DNA of 33,604 bases, from IMG/VR virus record IMGVR_UViG_3300044731_001668, positions 1-33,604 of that record; one strand, 5' to 3'. Within the stretch, counting starts at the first letter, position 1; every line of letters begins with the position of its first letter. Both the position numbers and the translations under genes were made by a program. The DNA is from a virus. Its lineage: Duplodnaviria; Caudoviricetes. Positions 26,717-33,604 of this stretch are shown here, piece by piece. The notes beneath the pieces were generated by a model that saw nothing but the letters and a program-made list of their open reading frames with translations, was not told the DNA's origin and made no database searches.

Positions 26717-27703
26717 ATGTCTGCTGAATTAGATACAAGTAATAACAGAACCAACATGGCTTTCTTAGGAGACCGTTCTAAAGTATGGCATGGTCAAGGC
26801 CAACAAATGGAAGATAATGCGTCTATTGATGAATGGACAATTGCTGCTGGTTTAAATTGGAATGTAGAAACCTCTGATGTTTCATACACAATTCCAGGTT
26901 CATCACCTCTCTTTATTCCTGATGTTAAAACATTTCCAGATAGAAAAGTGCTTTATCGTTCAGATACTCATGCTGCATTATCAGTTGTTAGTAAAGATTT
27001 TAAAGTAGTTCAACCAACTGAAGTTATTGAATTCTTCAGAGATTTAGTAGAAAATAATAATATGAAATTATCTACAGCCGGTTCTCTATTTGGAGGTAGA
27101 AGATTTTGGGCTTTAGCTGAACTAGGTAAAGACTTTGAAGTTACTTCAGGTGACAAAGTTTCAGGACATTTACTACTAACAACTTCAGTGGACTCTTCTA
27201 TAAAGACATCTGCACGGTTTGTATCTACACGAGTTGTATGTCAGAACACTCTCAGTATTGCTTTAGCAGAAAATTCTGTTAGAGATATTATATCAATTTC
27301 CCATAGAAAACAATGGGATCCAACAGCAGTGAAAATTAATTTAGGATTATTAGATAAATCATGGATTGAATTTATGAATAGCATCAATAAGCTAGTTCAG
27401 GTAAAAATTACTGATAAGCAATCAGAAAATTTCTTTCAAAATTTGGTATTAGAAAATAAAAAACCGGAGCCAACAAGGACTGAATTACGTAAGGTAGAGA
27501 AATTGATGGAATTATATAAAAATGGAATCGGTTCTGATATGTCTTACGGAACGGCTTGGGGTTTGCTAAATGCCGTCACTGAATTGAATACACATGGAAC
27601 TGGTCGTAAAGGAGAAAGTCATCAATTTTGGGATGCTGAATTTGGTGGTCAAAATGAAATTAAGACAAAAGCTTATAATATGTTAATGTCAGAAGTATCA
27701 TAA
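26717..27703 (+). CDS. DUF932 family phage/plasmid protein
   Basis: WHGQG, AGLNWNV, YRSDT...LSVVS..F.VVQP, TAGSLFGGRRFW, RVVCQNTL and GTAWGLLNAVTE. Confidence 0.9.
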   Translation: MSAELDTSNNRTNMAFLGDRSKVWHGQGQQMEDNASIDEWTIAAGLNWNVETSDVSYTIPGSSPLFIPDVKTFPDRKVLYRSDTHAALSVVSKDFKVVQPTEVIEFFRDLVENNNMKLSTAGSLFGGRRFWALAELGKDFEVTSGDKVSGHLLLTTSVDSSIKTSARFVSTRVVCQNTLSIALAENSVRDIISISHRKQWDPTAVKINLGLLDKSWIEFMNSINKLVQVKITDKQSENFFQNLVLENKKPEPTRTELRKVEKLMELYKNGIGSDMSYGTAWGLLNAVTELNTHGTGRKGESHQFWDAEFGGQNEIKTKAYNMLMSEVS

Positions 27704-27713
27704 TGATTTAATG

Positions 27714-27746
27714 AAGGGAAGATGATTAAATTATCTTCCCTTTTTT
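27714..27746 (+). terminator. Rho-independent terminator
   Basis: aagggaagatgat-taa-attatcttccctt followed by a T-tract, between convergent genes. Confidence 0.85.
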
Positions 27747-27750
27747 AATA

Positions 27751-29052
27751 TTATTTTATATTTGTATAAAAATCATACCCATTTGGTAATTTGTCATTTG
27801 GTTTAATATATTTAATTTTACCAGAACTTAAATTAACTATTCTTATTCTTCCTTTATTTGGGGCAGATTTTGATTGATTAAATTTTGATTGATTATATTT
27901 TTTCCAATTATCATTTTTAAAATCAGAACTGAATAATCTTGTTTCTGCTGTAAAAATATTTTTAAAAACTGATAATTTACTTTTTAAAGTGAGTTTTTGT
28001 TTTTTAACATATCCTAATGTCCATCCTTTTGGAATAGGCATATGTTTAGGATGTTTTATTGATTTAATTCCGTTATTGATAATTATTTTAGGTGTTGGAG
28101 GACAACAGTAAAAATTTTTGTTGATATTACTAACAGCTTTATAATAAAACCCATTTGGCATTTGCTCATTTTCATATAATAAACAATCAATTGTACCATT
28201 AGTTATATGTTTAAATTTTTTAGGAACTTTTCGATTTACTTTTTCTAAATTAGTTTTTCCTTTCCAATAACCGTCTGGTATTTTTATACCTGGAGATATT
28301 TTAAAATGTCTATTTTCTATTCCATTAGTTATTCTAATTATTCCACTAAATAATCTACCTTTAATCCAACCTTCAGGAATTGGTTCATTTATAGAAATCA
28401 TTTTATTTTCTAATCCATTATTTATATTAATAAGATTTCGTTTTTTAAGTTTTTCAGAATTAGATTTAGTGTTTTTTGCATTTCTTCCAGAAATCAATTT
28501 AAATAAATCTGCTTTAGATGGATCTATATGATAATTTTTACCTGTTAACGGATCATGATACCATTTTCTATTAGAATAAGATATTTTTTTATTTTTAGTT
28601 GTTATATTACCTTTAATCCAACCTTTAGGTATTTCTATATCTTTTGGCCATCTAATACAAATATTTAATTCTTCATTAGAAATTAAAATTTTATTTAAAT
28701 TGTTTGCACTTTGTTGATGTTGATCTTTATTTAACCAAATATCTTTATGTTTAACATTTAATCTTCTCAATACAGTTTGTTCCCATTTTAAACAATCTGC
28801 AACATTTTTGAAGCATTTTCTTATTTCAAAATCAAAACCTTCAATACCTTCATTTTCCAATAATAGATGCACTATATTAGAAGATGTGAAATAATGTTTA
28901 AAAAATAGTTCAGGATTTGCATTGGAAGAATATTTTGCTCCATAATAACATTTACCGCTTTTTTTATGTTTTATAACATAAGTATATGGAATAAAAGATA
29001 AATTAGAAGGTGAATAGTCATTTTTAAATGAATAAATACTTTTGCTGGACAT
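27751..29052 (-). CDS. Free-standing GIY-YIG (Seg-like) homing endonuclease with repeated C-terminal DNA-binding modules
   Basis: PYTY.I.....GKCYYG, YFTSS, WE...L and WLNK; about six I(T/N)NG........P.G(W/Y/F)..G repeats; AAGGAG SD. Confidence 0.82.
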   Translation of the reverse strand: MSSKSIYSFKNDYSPSNLSFIPYTYVIKHKKSGKCYYGAKYSSNANPELFFKHYFTSSNIVHLLLENEGIEGFDFEIRKCFKNVADCLKWEQTVLRRLNVKHKDIWLNKDQHQQSANNLNKILISNEELNICIRWPKDIEIPKGWIKGNITTKNKKISYSNRKWYHDPLTGKNYHIDPSKADLFKLISGRNAKNTKSNSEKLKKRNLININNGLENKMISINEPIPEGWIKGRLFSGIIRITNGIENRHFKISPGIKIPDGYWKGKTNLEKVNRKVPKKFKHITNGTIDCLLYENEQMPNGFYYKAVSNINKNFYCCPPTPKIIINNGIKSIKHPKHMPIPKGWTLGYVKKQKLTLKSKLSVFKNIFTAETRLFSSDFKNDNWKKYNQSKFNQSKSAPNKGRIRIVNLSSGKIKYIKPNDKLPNGYDFYTNIK

Positions 29053-29124
29053 AGTAATCTCCTTGATTATGGTAAAATATGTTTAGAGCTTGTAGATCTG
29101 GCAGGATCGTGACAAGCATATTTT
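29053..29124 (-). promoter_or_regulatory. Structured 5' leader of the endonuclease gene
   Basis: Minus strand forms the hairpin GCTTGT-cac-GATC-ctgcca-GATC-t-ACAAGC, extendable by aaaatat/atatttt, plus a small TAATC-AAGGA-GATTA hairpin around the SD. Confidence 0.65.
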
Positions 29125-29157
29125 TAAAATATATTTATATTTATTAGGGAATTAAAT

Positions 29158-29406
29158 ATGCATGCAATTTTATATATTACTCGAATATGCCCGCAGGGTG
29201 ACGAAGCTAAACTTTTGTTAGAAGAACATAGTATTCCATATAAAGAAGTTATTATTGTCCCAGATGATGAAATTGATGTTGATAATGATTTAATTTCTAG
29301 AGATATGTTTTTAGAACAAATACCTACAGCGAGAAGTGTTCCACAAGTTGTTATTGATGGAGCAGTTATTGGAGGTTTGGATAATCTTAAACAACATTTG
29401 GGATAA
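29158..29406 (+). CDS. Glutaredoxin-like protein (CPQG active site)
   Basis: LYITRICPQG.EAK.LL, ARSVPQVVIDG..IGG.D.L. Confidence 0.85.
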   Translation: MHAILYITRICPQGDEAKLLLEEHSIPYKEVIIVPDDEIDVDNDLISRDMFLEQIPTARSVPQVVIDGAVIGGLDNLKQHLG

Positions 29407-29452
29407 TTGCGTAAATACTTCATGAAAAAGGAAATTTTATGGAGTATAAGAT

Positions 29453-29815
29453 ATGGATAAATTTGTACAATTATTACAAATAGGGAATGGTGGATTTTCT
29501 ATTTTTGCATTTTTAGTTTGCGTATTTTTTCTAATAAGAGTTTTTAGAAAAGCGCAAACATCAGCAACAATGGATTGGTCTGATTTATTAACAGTTAATG
29601 GAACTAGTAATAAAGTTGCTTTGCCTAAAGTAATGTCTTTAATTGGATTGGTGATAGGTTCTTGGGTTGTTATTCATTTAACAATAATGGATAAATTATC
29701 ATTTGATATATTTGGGTTATATTTGTCATATGTTGGAGGAGTGGATGCTTATAGTAAATTTTTAGCAATGAAGAGCAAAACTTCTAATAATATTATTGAA
29801 CAAAATAAAAAATAA
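29453..29815 (+). CDS. Membrane protein, candidate holin
   Basis: Two to three hydrophobic segments, basic C-tail, TAAATA at 29412-29417 and GGAG SD. The holin role is inference. Confidence 0.55.
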   Translation: MDKFVQLLQIGNGGFSIFAFLVCVFFLIRVFRKAQTSATMDWSDLLTVNGTSNKVALPKVMSLIGLVIGSWVVIHLTIMDKLSFDIFGLYLSYVGGVDAYSKFLAMKSKTSNNIIEQNKK

Positions 29816-29818
29816 TTA

Positions 29819-29847
29819 TTTACTTTTCCTTAATTTTGGTATATTAT
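29819..29847 (+). promoter_or_regulatory. Early sigma70-type promoter
   Basis: TTTACT-17 nt-TATTAT. Confidence 0.55.
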
Positions 29848-29872
29848 ATTTCAAAATAGAGGAGAAGCTGCC

Positions 29873-30493
29873 ATGGCTAAATTAACCGCTGAAGAGAAAT
29901 TACAAAGAGCTTTAGATAGAAAAGAAGCTAAACGTTTAGAAAAACAAAGAGCTTTTATTGAACGTGTTGAGCTTGCTAAAGAAGCTACTAATGCGTTAAT
30001 GGATGAAAAACAATTAGCTATCTTTAATAAAAGAAAAGAAATTTTTGTATCAGGAGATAAAACTACTTTATCAGAAATAGAAAAAAGTATTTTTTCCCAA
30101 TATTATACTTGGGGCAAATTGTCAATTGCTCAAATTAATGTTGTTTTAAGAAGAGTTGAAGAACAAAAAAAATTAAGATTTACAAAAGAATTGTTTGATG
30201 ATTTTGATATTAATGTTGAAACTAAAGTTAATTTAAAATTTATTTCAATGGAACAAGTTTTTGATGAACCTAGTTTTTATGGTCAATCAACTTCTCATAT
30301 TGCAATTAGATTAATTAATGATGTTAATCAACATTTTAAAATTAATACCAATAGTAAAAAAATTATTAATATGTTTGCAGAAAAAGAAAATGTTTGGTTT
30401 AAAGTTAGTGCTACAGTAAAATGGGTTTCTGACAATAAACAATATGTTAATTTATCATCAAAAGGAATTAAAATTGAGGAGTTTGTAAAATGA
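29873..30493 (+). CDS. Hypothetical protein
   Basis: GAGGAG SD; charged helical N-terminus and beta-rich C-terminus. Confidence 0.75.
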   Translation: MAKLTAEEKLQRALDRKEAKRLEKQRAFIERVELAKEATNALMDEKQLAIFNKRKEIFVSGDKTTLSEIEKSIFSQYYTWGKLSIAQINVVLRRVEEQKKLRFTKELFDDFDINVETKVNLKFISMEQVFDEPSFYGQSTSHIAIRLINDVNQHFKINTNSKKIINMFAEKENVWFKVSATVKWVSDNKQYVNLSSKGIKIEEFVK

Positions 30494-30792
30494 AAACTGT
30501 ATTAATGTTAATGCTATTATTTTCAAGTTCTTTATTCGCAGAAGGTTATCCAGTTCCTTATATGAATGGTTGTCCTTCACAATATAGAAGTTCTGGAGGA
30601 TATTGTGTTCCAACTTCAGATAAATTTGCAATACCTAGGAATGGAGGATGTCCTTCAGGATTTTTTTCATCTGGTAATTATTGTGTAGCAACTAATTCGC
30701 GATATACAGCAGTTCCTTCGTATAATGGTATGGGTTGTCCTTCAGGTTATTTTAAATCTGGTAATTATTGTGTTAAACGAGGAAATAGATGA
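30490..30792 (+). CDS. Secreted Cys-rich repeat protein
   Basis: Signal peptide MKTVLMLMLLFSSSLFA; three GCPS.(Y/F)..SG.YCV repeats. Confidence 0.8.
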   Translation: MKTVLMLMLLFSSSLFAEGYPVPYMNGCPSQYRSSGGYCVPTSDKFAIPRNGGCPSGFFSSGNYCVATNSRYTAVPSYNGMGCPSGYFKSGNYCVKRGNR

Positions 30793-31244
30793 GTAAATTA
30801 AAAGAATGGGATTTAACATTTCTTCGAATTGCAAAAGAATTAGGAGATAAAAGTCATTGTGTATCTAGACAAGTTGGATGTTTATATGTTTTAGATGGAC
30901 GAATATTGGTATCAGGTATTAATGGAACTCCACCTGATGAAAAAAATTGTGATGAATTATTTGATAAACAAAATTTTGACCCGGCTGAACATCGAGCATG
31001 GTCTGATGTTGCTGAATTACATGCTGAACAAAATGCTATAGTGTATGCAGCTAAAAAAGGAATATCTTTAGAAGGTTCTACATTGTATTGTACGTTGCAA
31101 CCTTGTATCCACTGTTCAAAATTATTATTAGCTCTTGGTGTAAAACGCGTAGTGTTTAGCAATTATTATGATAGAGTTGATATGTCTTCAGTTACTAGAT
31201 TTAATAGCCATAATATCGAATACGAATATTTACCACTTGCTTAA
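30789..31244 (+). CDS. cd: dCMP deaminase
   Basis: SHCVSRQVGC, GINGTP, HAEQNAI and TLQPCIHC. Confidence 0.95.
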   Translation: MSKLKEWDLTFLRIAKELGDKSHCVSRQVGCLYVLDGRILVSGINGTPPDEKNCDELFDKQNFDPAEHRAWSDVAELHAEQNAIVYAAKKGISLEGSTLYCTLQPCIHCSKLLLALGVKRVVFSNYYDRVDMSSVTRFNSHNIEYEYLPLA

Positions 31245-31256
31245 GATTTTTTTGAA

Positions 31257-31470
31257 TAAATATCTATTTAACGGCGGACTACCTTGCTTAGTCTAAATAT
31301 AAGCTTCATTTGCTTATGCCTTATTTGCCTAAAGAATGCTATACACTAAGTCGTTAGTGTTTTTCATATAGCATAGGCGTTGTGATACTCGAGCTAAAAA
31401 CCCGAAAGTAGAGTATCCCATAGGAATTTTTTGTATCCTATGTCTAAAACTCAAGAGAGAGGGAGAAAAA
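31257..31470 (+). ncRNA. Candidate structured RNA / 5' leader of the transglycosylase gene
   Basis: Longest intergenic gap in the window, with five consecutive hairpins after a TAAATA motif (see findings). Confidence 0.55.
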
Positions 31471-32145
31471 ATGAAATACTTCAATGTGCTAATTTTAGCT
31501 TTACTTTTAACAAATTCTGCTGAAGCCAGAACGAAACATGCGAAGATAGGTCATAACAAAGGCCAAGTTGAGAAACAGACCTTAACACATATAAAGAAAG
31601 CTCGTATTATAGAGCATATTAGAAATAGAAAACATCAAGAAGAAATTCTTGTTTCAACCGAAGATAATAGAACAAATGGAGAAAACTTCAGTTCATCACA
31701 AAAAGCAATTCTTAGAACTGCTTATTCAACTGCACAGCAAGAAGGATTAAAAAATCCTGTCATCTTGCCTGGCATCATATTGCATGAAAGTGGAGCAGGA
31801 ACAGCTAAGAAGTTTAGAACTTCAAAACATAAAGCTGCACATGACCAAACTGTTGGATTAGGGCAAATTAAAACTGGGACTGCCAAAGCAGTTATTGCTC
31901 GACATCCAGAAATTAAACAACATATGCATTCTAAAGATGTTCAGCATGAACTTGCGTATAATGACAAATTTAATATTTATGTTGCTGCTTTATATCTTAA
32001 AGACCTTCAAGATGACGCTCATTCTGATAATCAGCTAATTGCAGCATATAATTTAGGGCATGTTCCGAAGAAACCTGAAAAAATGGGATATGTTAAATTG
32101 GTTAATAGAAGCATTTTCAATATTAAAAAAGATAAATTGTTATAA
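31471..32145 (+). CDS. Lytic transglycosylase (SLT / lysozyme-like fold) with a signal peptide
   Basis: N-terminal hydrophobic signal ending AEA; catalytic ILHES, GLGQI...TA, NI..AA.YL and AYNLG. Confidence 0.85.
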   Translation: MKYFNVLILALLLTNSAEARTKHAKIGHNKGQVEKQTLTHIKKARIIEHIRNRKHQEEILVSTEDNRTNGENFSSSQKAILRTAYSTAQQEGLKNPVILPGIILHESGAGTAKKFRTSKHKAAHDQTVGLGQIKTGTAKAVIARHPEIKQHMHSKDVQHELAYNDKFNIYVAALYLKDLQDDAHSDNQLIAAYNLGHVPKKPEKMGYVKLVNRSIFNIKKDKLL

Positions 32146-32152
32146 ATTATAA

Positions 32153-32181
32153 TTTACTTTTTTCAAATAAAATGATATAAT
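32153..32181 (+). promoter_or_regulatory. Early sigma70-type promoter
   Basis: TTTACT-17 nt-TATAAT with TG extension; the ATG follows 7 nt after the -10 box. Confidence 0.65.
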
Positions 32182-32188
32182 ATTTTAT

Positions 32189-33130
32189 ATGAAAATTGCT
32201 GAACTAATAAACAAAAATATCTTTTATACTAAATTGTCTTCAACAGGCTTTAATCAATGCAAGTGTCCTATTTGTCATGATTATCAAGACAGAATGGGAA
32301 TTAAATTTGATGGAGATAATGTTGGTATAAATTGTTTTAACTGTCAATTCAAAGCAAGATATGAAATTGCTAATGGAATTATTTCTAAAAATCTTAAGAA
32401 ATTTCTATTAGCAATTAATATACCACTTGAAGATATTGAAAAAGCTAGAGGACTTGCATTCTTTGCTCCAAAAGAAGAAGCTATAGTTTCATTAGAACAA
32501 TTAAAGAAAGTTAATCTATACACACCTGAGGTATCCTTACCTAAACTTTGTGTTAAACTTAATGATACCCATATAGATTACGTAAATTATTTGCAATCAA
32601 GAAAAATAGAATTAGACGATTATCCATTTTATATTTCAGGTGACAAATATTATGTTAATAGAATAATTTTACCTTTTTATAGACATGGTAAAATTATTTA
32701 CTGGCAAGCTAGGTCTATATTACAAAATGAAAAGAAAAGATATTTAAATTGTGAAGTATCTAAAGAAGCAGTTATATTTAATATTGACAAAATTTATCAA
32801 AAAACTGAACAACCTTTATATATTACAGAAGGTATTTTTGACGCAATTTTGGTAGATGGTATTTCTATTATAGGAAGTAAATTGAATGAAGCTAAAATCA
32901 CATTATTAAAACAATCAAGAAGAAAATTAATATTTGTAATCGATAAAGATAAAAATGGTAAATTACTTGCAAATCAAATATTAGAACATAAATTAGGAGA
33001 CCTTACTATTTTAAATGAAGACATCAATAAAAGTATTATTCAATATGGAAAATTATTTACATCTTATAAATTGGCTAAAAATACTGTTAAATCAGAATTA
33101 GAAAAGAAATTGTTAATAGCTAATATATGA
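32189..33130 (+). CDS. gp61: DNA primase (T4 gp61-like)
   Basis: Zn finger CPIC...CFNC, YL..R, RIILPF...WQAR, TOPRIM ITEGIFDA and DKD. Confidence 0.9.
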   Translation: MKIAELINKNIFYTKLSSTGFNQCKCPICHDYQDRMGIKFDGDNVGINCFNCQFKARYEIANGIISKNLKKFLLAINIPLEDIEKARGLAFFAPKEEAIVSLEQLKKVNLYTPEVSLPKLCVKLNDTHIDYVNYLQSRKIELDDYPFYISGDKYYVNRIILPFYRHGKIIYWQARSILQNEKKRYLNCEVSKEAVIFNIDKIYQKTEQPLYITEGIFDAILVDGISIIGSKLNEAKITLLKQSRRKLIFVIDKDKNGKLLANQILEHKLGDLTILNEDINKSIIQYGKLFTSYKLAKNTVKSELEKKLLIANI

Positions 33131-33333
33131 AACCTTCAAAATTAAATCAGGATTATACAATGGCCAAATTAAAATCTGCTTTAGATGAAACAGATGCTGT
33201 ATTAGAAATTATTCACAGTATTAAACTTTTAGCAGAAGACATTAAAAAAATCGCAACTGATAAACAAGTAGTAGAACGTATTAATAACATTATTGAAACC
33301 TGTAGGAAAGCTAATGACACAACAAATCATTGA
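33127..33333 (+). CDS. Small helical hypothetical protein
   Basis: ATGA overlap with the primase stop. Confidence 0.65.
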   Translation: MKPSKLNQDYTMAKLKSALDETDAVLEIIHSIKLLAEDIKKIATDKQVVERINNIIETCRKANDTTNH

Positions 33334-33550
33334 AACATTATTATCATTTGTCCTTTTGCAAGCTATATTAGGATTTATGTCATTATGGTTAATAACTTAT
33401 TTAAAAGTTCCACATGAAAAAATACTTAAATTTCAGGATATGGATAATTCAGAATTTGATAAGATATTTGAAACTTATTATATTCCCAATTTAAAAAATA
33501 TGTTTATTATATTAAATTTAATTGCTGCTATATTATTAACATTGTTATGA
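33314..33550 (+). CDS. Small membrane protein (two hydrophobic segments)
   Basis: Probable start ATG 33314 after AGGA; hydrophobic N- and C-terminal stretches. Confidence 0.6.
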   Translation: MTQQIIETLLSFVLLQAILGFMSLWLITYLKVPHEKILKFQDMDNSEFDKIFETYYIPNLKNMFIILNLIAAILLTLL

Positions 33551-33604
33551 ATATAATCTTTTTAGATATTGATGAAACATTAAATTGTATTTCTAATTCA
33601 ATTC
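33547..33604 (+). CDS. HAD-superfamily protein (3'-truncated by window edge)
   Basis: ATGA overlap; translates as MNIIFLDIDETLN, a DxD motif I. Confidence 0.6.
   Translation, partial: MNIIFLDIDETLNCISNSI

Noticed and set aside
1874-31162. Antisense or nested ORFs (1874-2071, 7028-7261, 8395-8775, 9425-9613, 12487-12708, 14289-14510, 18596-18811, 20592-20777, 21292-21531, 25254-25898, 26294-26554, 29124-29423, 30854-31162)
   Set aside because: They are shadows of better-supported genes with no recognisable motifs. The hydrophobic look of 8395-8775 mirrors the Lys-rich sense strand.
31257-31470. tRNA or c-di-GMP riboswitch in the structured gap
   Set aside because: No cloverleaf or TTCGA T-loop, and the GAAA-containing stem lacks the c-di-GMP-I consensus. 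Kept as an unassigned structured RNA.

Overview
AT-rich segment of a large T4-related (probably jumbo) myophage genome in the standard genetic code. No tRNA, rRNA, CRISPR array, integrase or reverse transcriptase was seen. Recognisable core genes are head-completion nuclease gp4, tail-completion gp15, an N-terminally extended neck gp13, a large terminase with a mini-intein, DsbA, the N-terminal half of a split family-B DNA polymerase, and primase. Accessory genes include a CCA-adding enzyme, dCMP deaminase, glutaredoxin, DUF932, a GIY-YIG homing endonuclease, a lytic transglycosylase and a split metallopeptidase/VWA pair. The most striking feature is the first 8.1 kb, a tandem array of at least 12 paralogous genes. 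They have highly divergent N-terminal or central domains and a shared C-terminal domain ending in D(I/V)LECQEELITNGLRQYAK(L/F). Eight consecutive junctions are dual-coded in an identical 14-nt overlap, so the same bases read YAKL-stop in one frame and MQNFK in the next. The MQNFKxFLxE start matches the pattern of the T4 internal-protein capsid-targeting sequence. The array therefore looks like a recombinable cassette array of diversified, virion-packaged effector proteins (inference). Two structured non-coding leaders (before the endonuclease and before the transglycosylase) also merit follow-up. All family assignments come from motif recognition by eye; no database searches were run.
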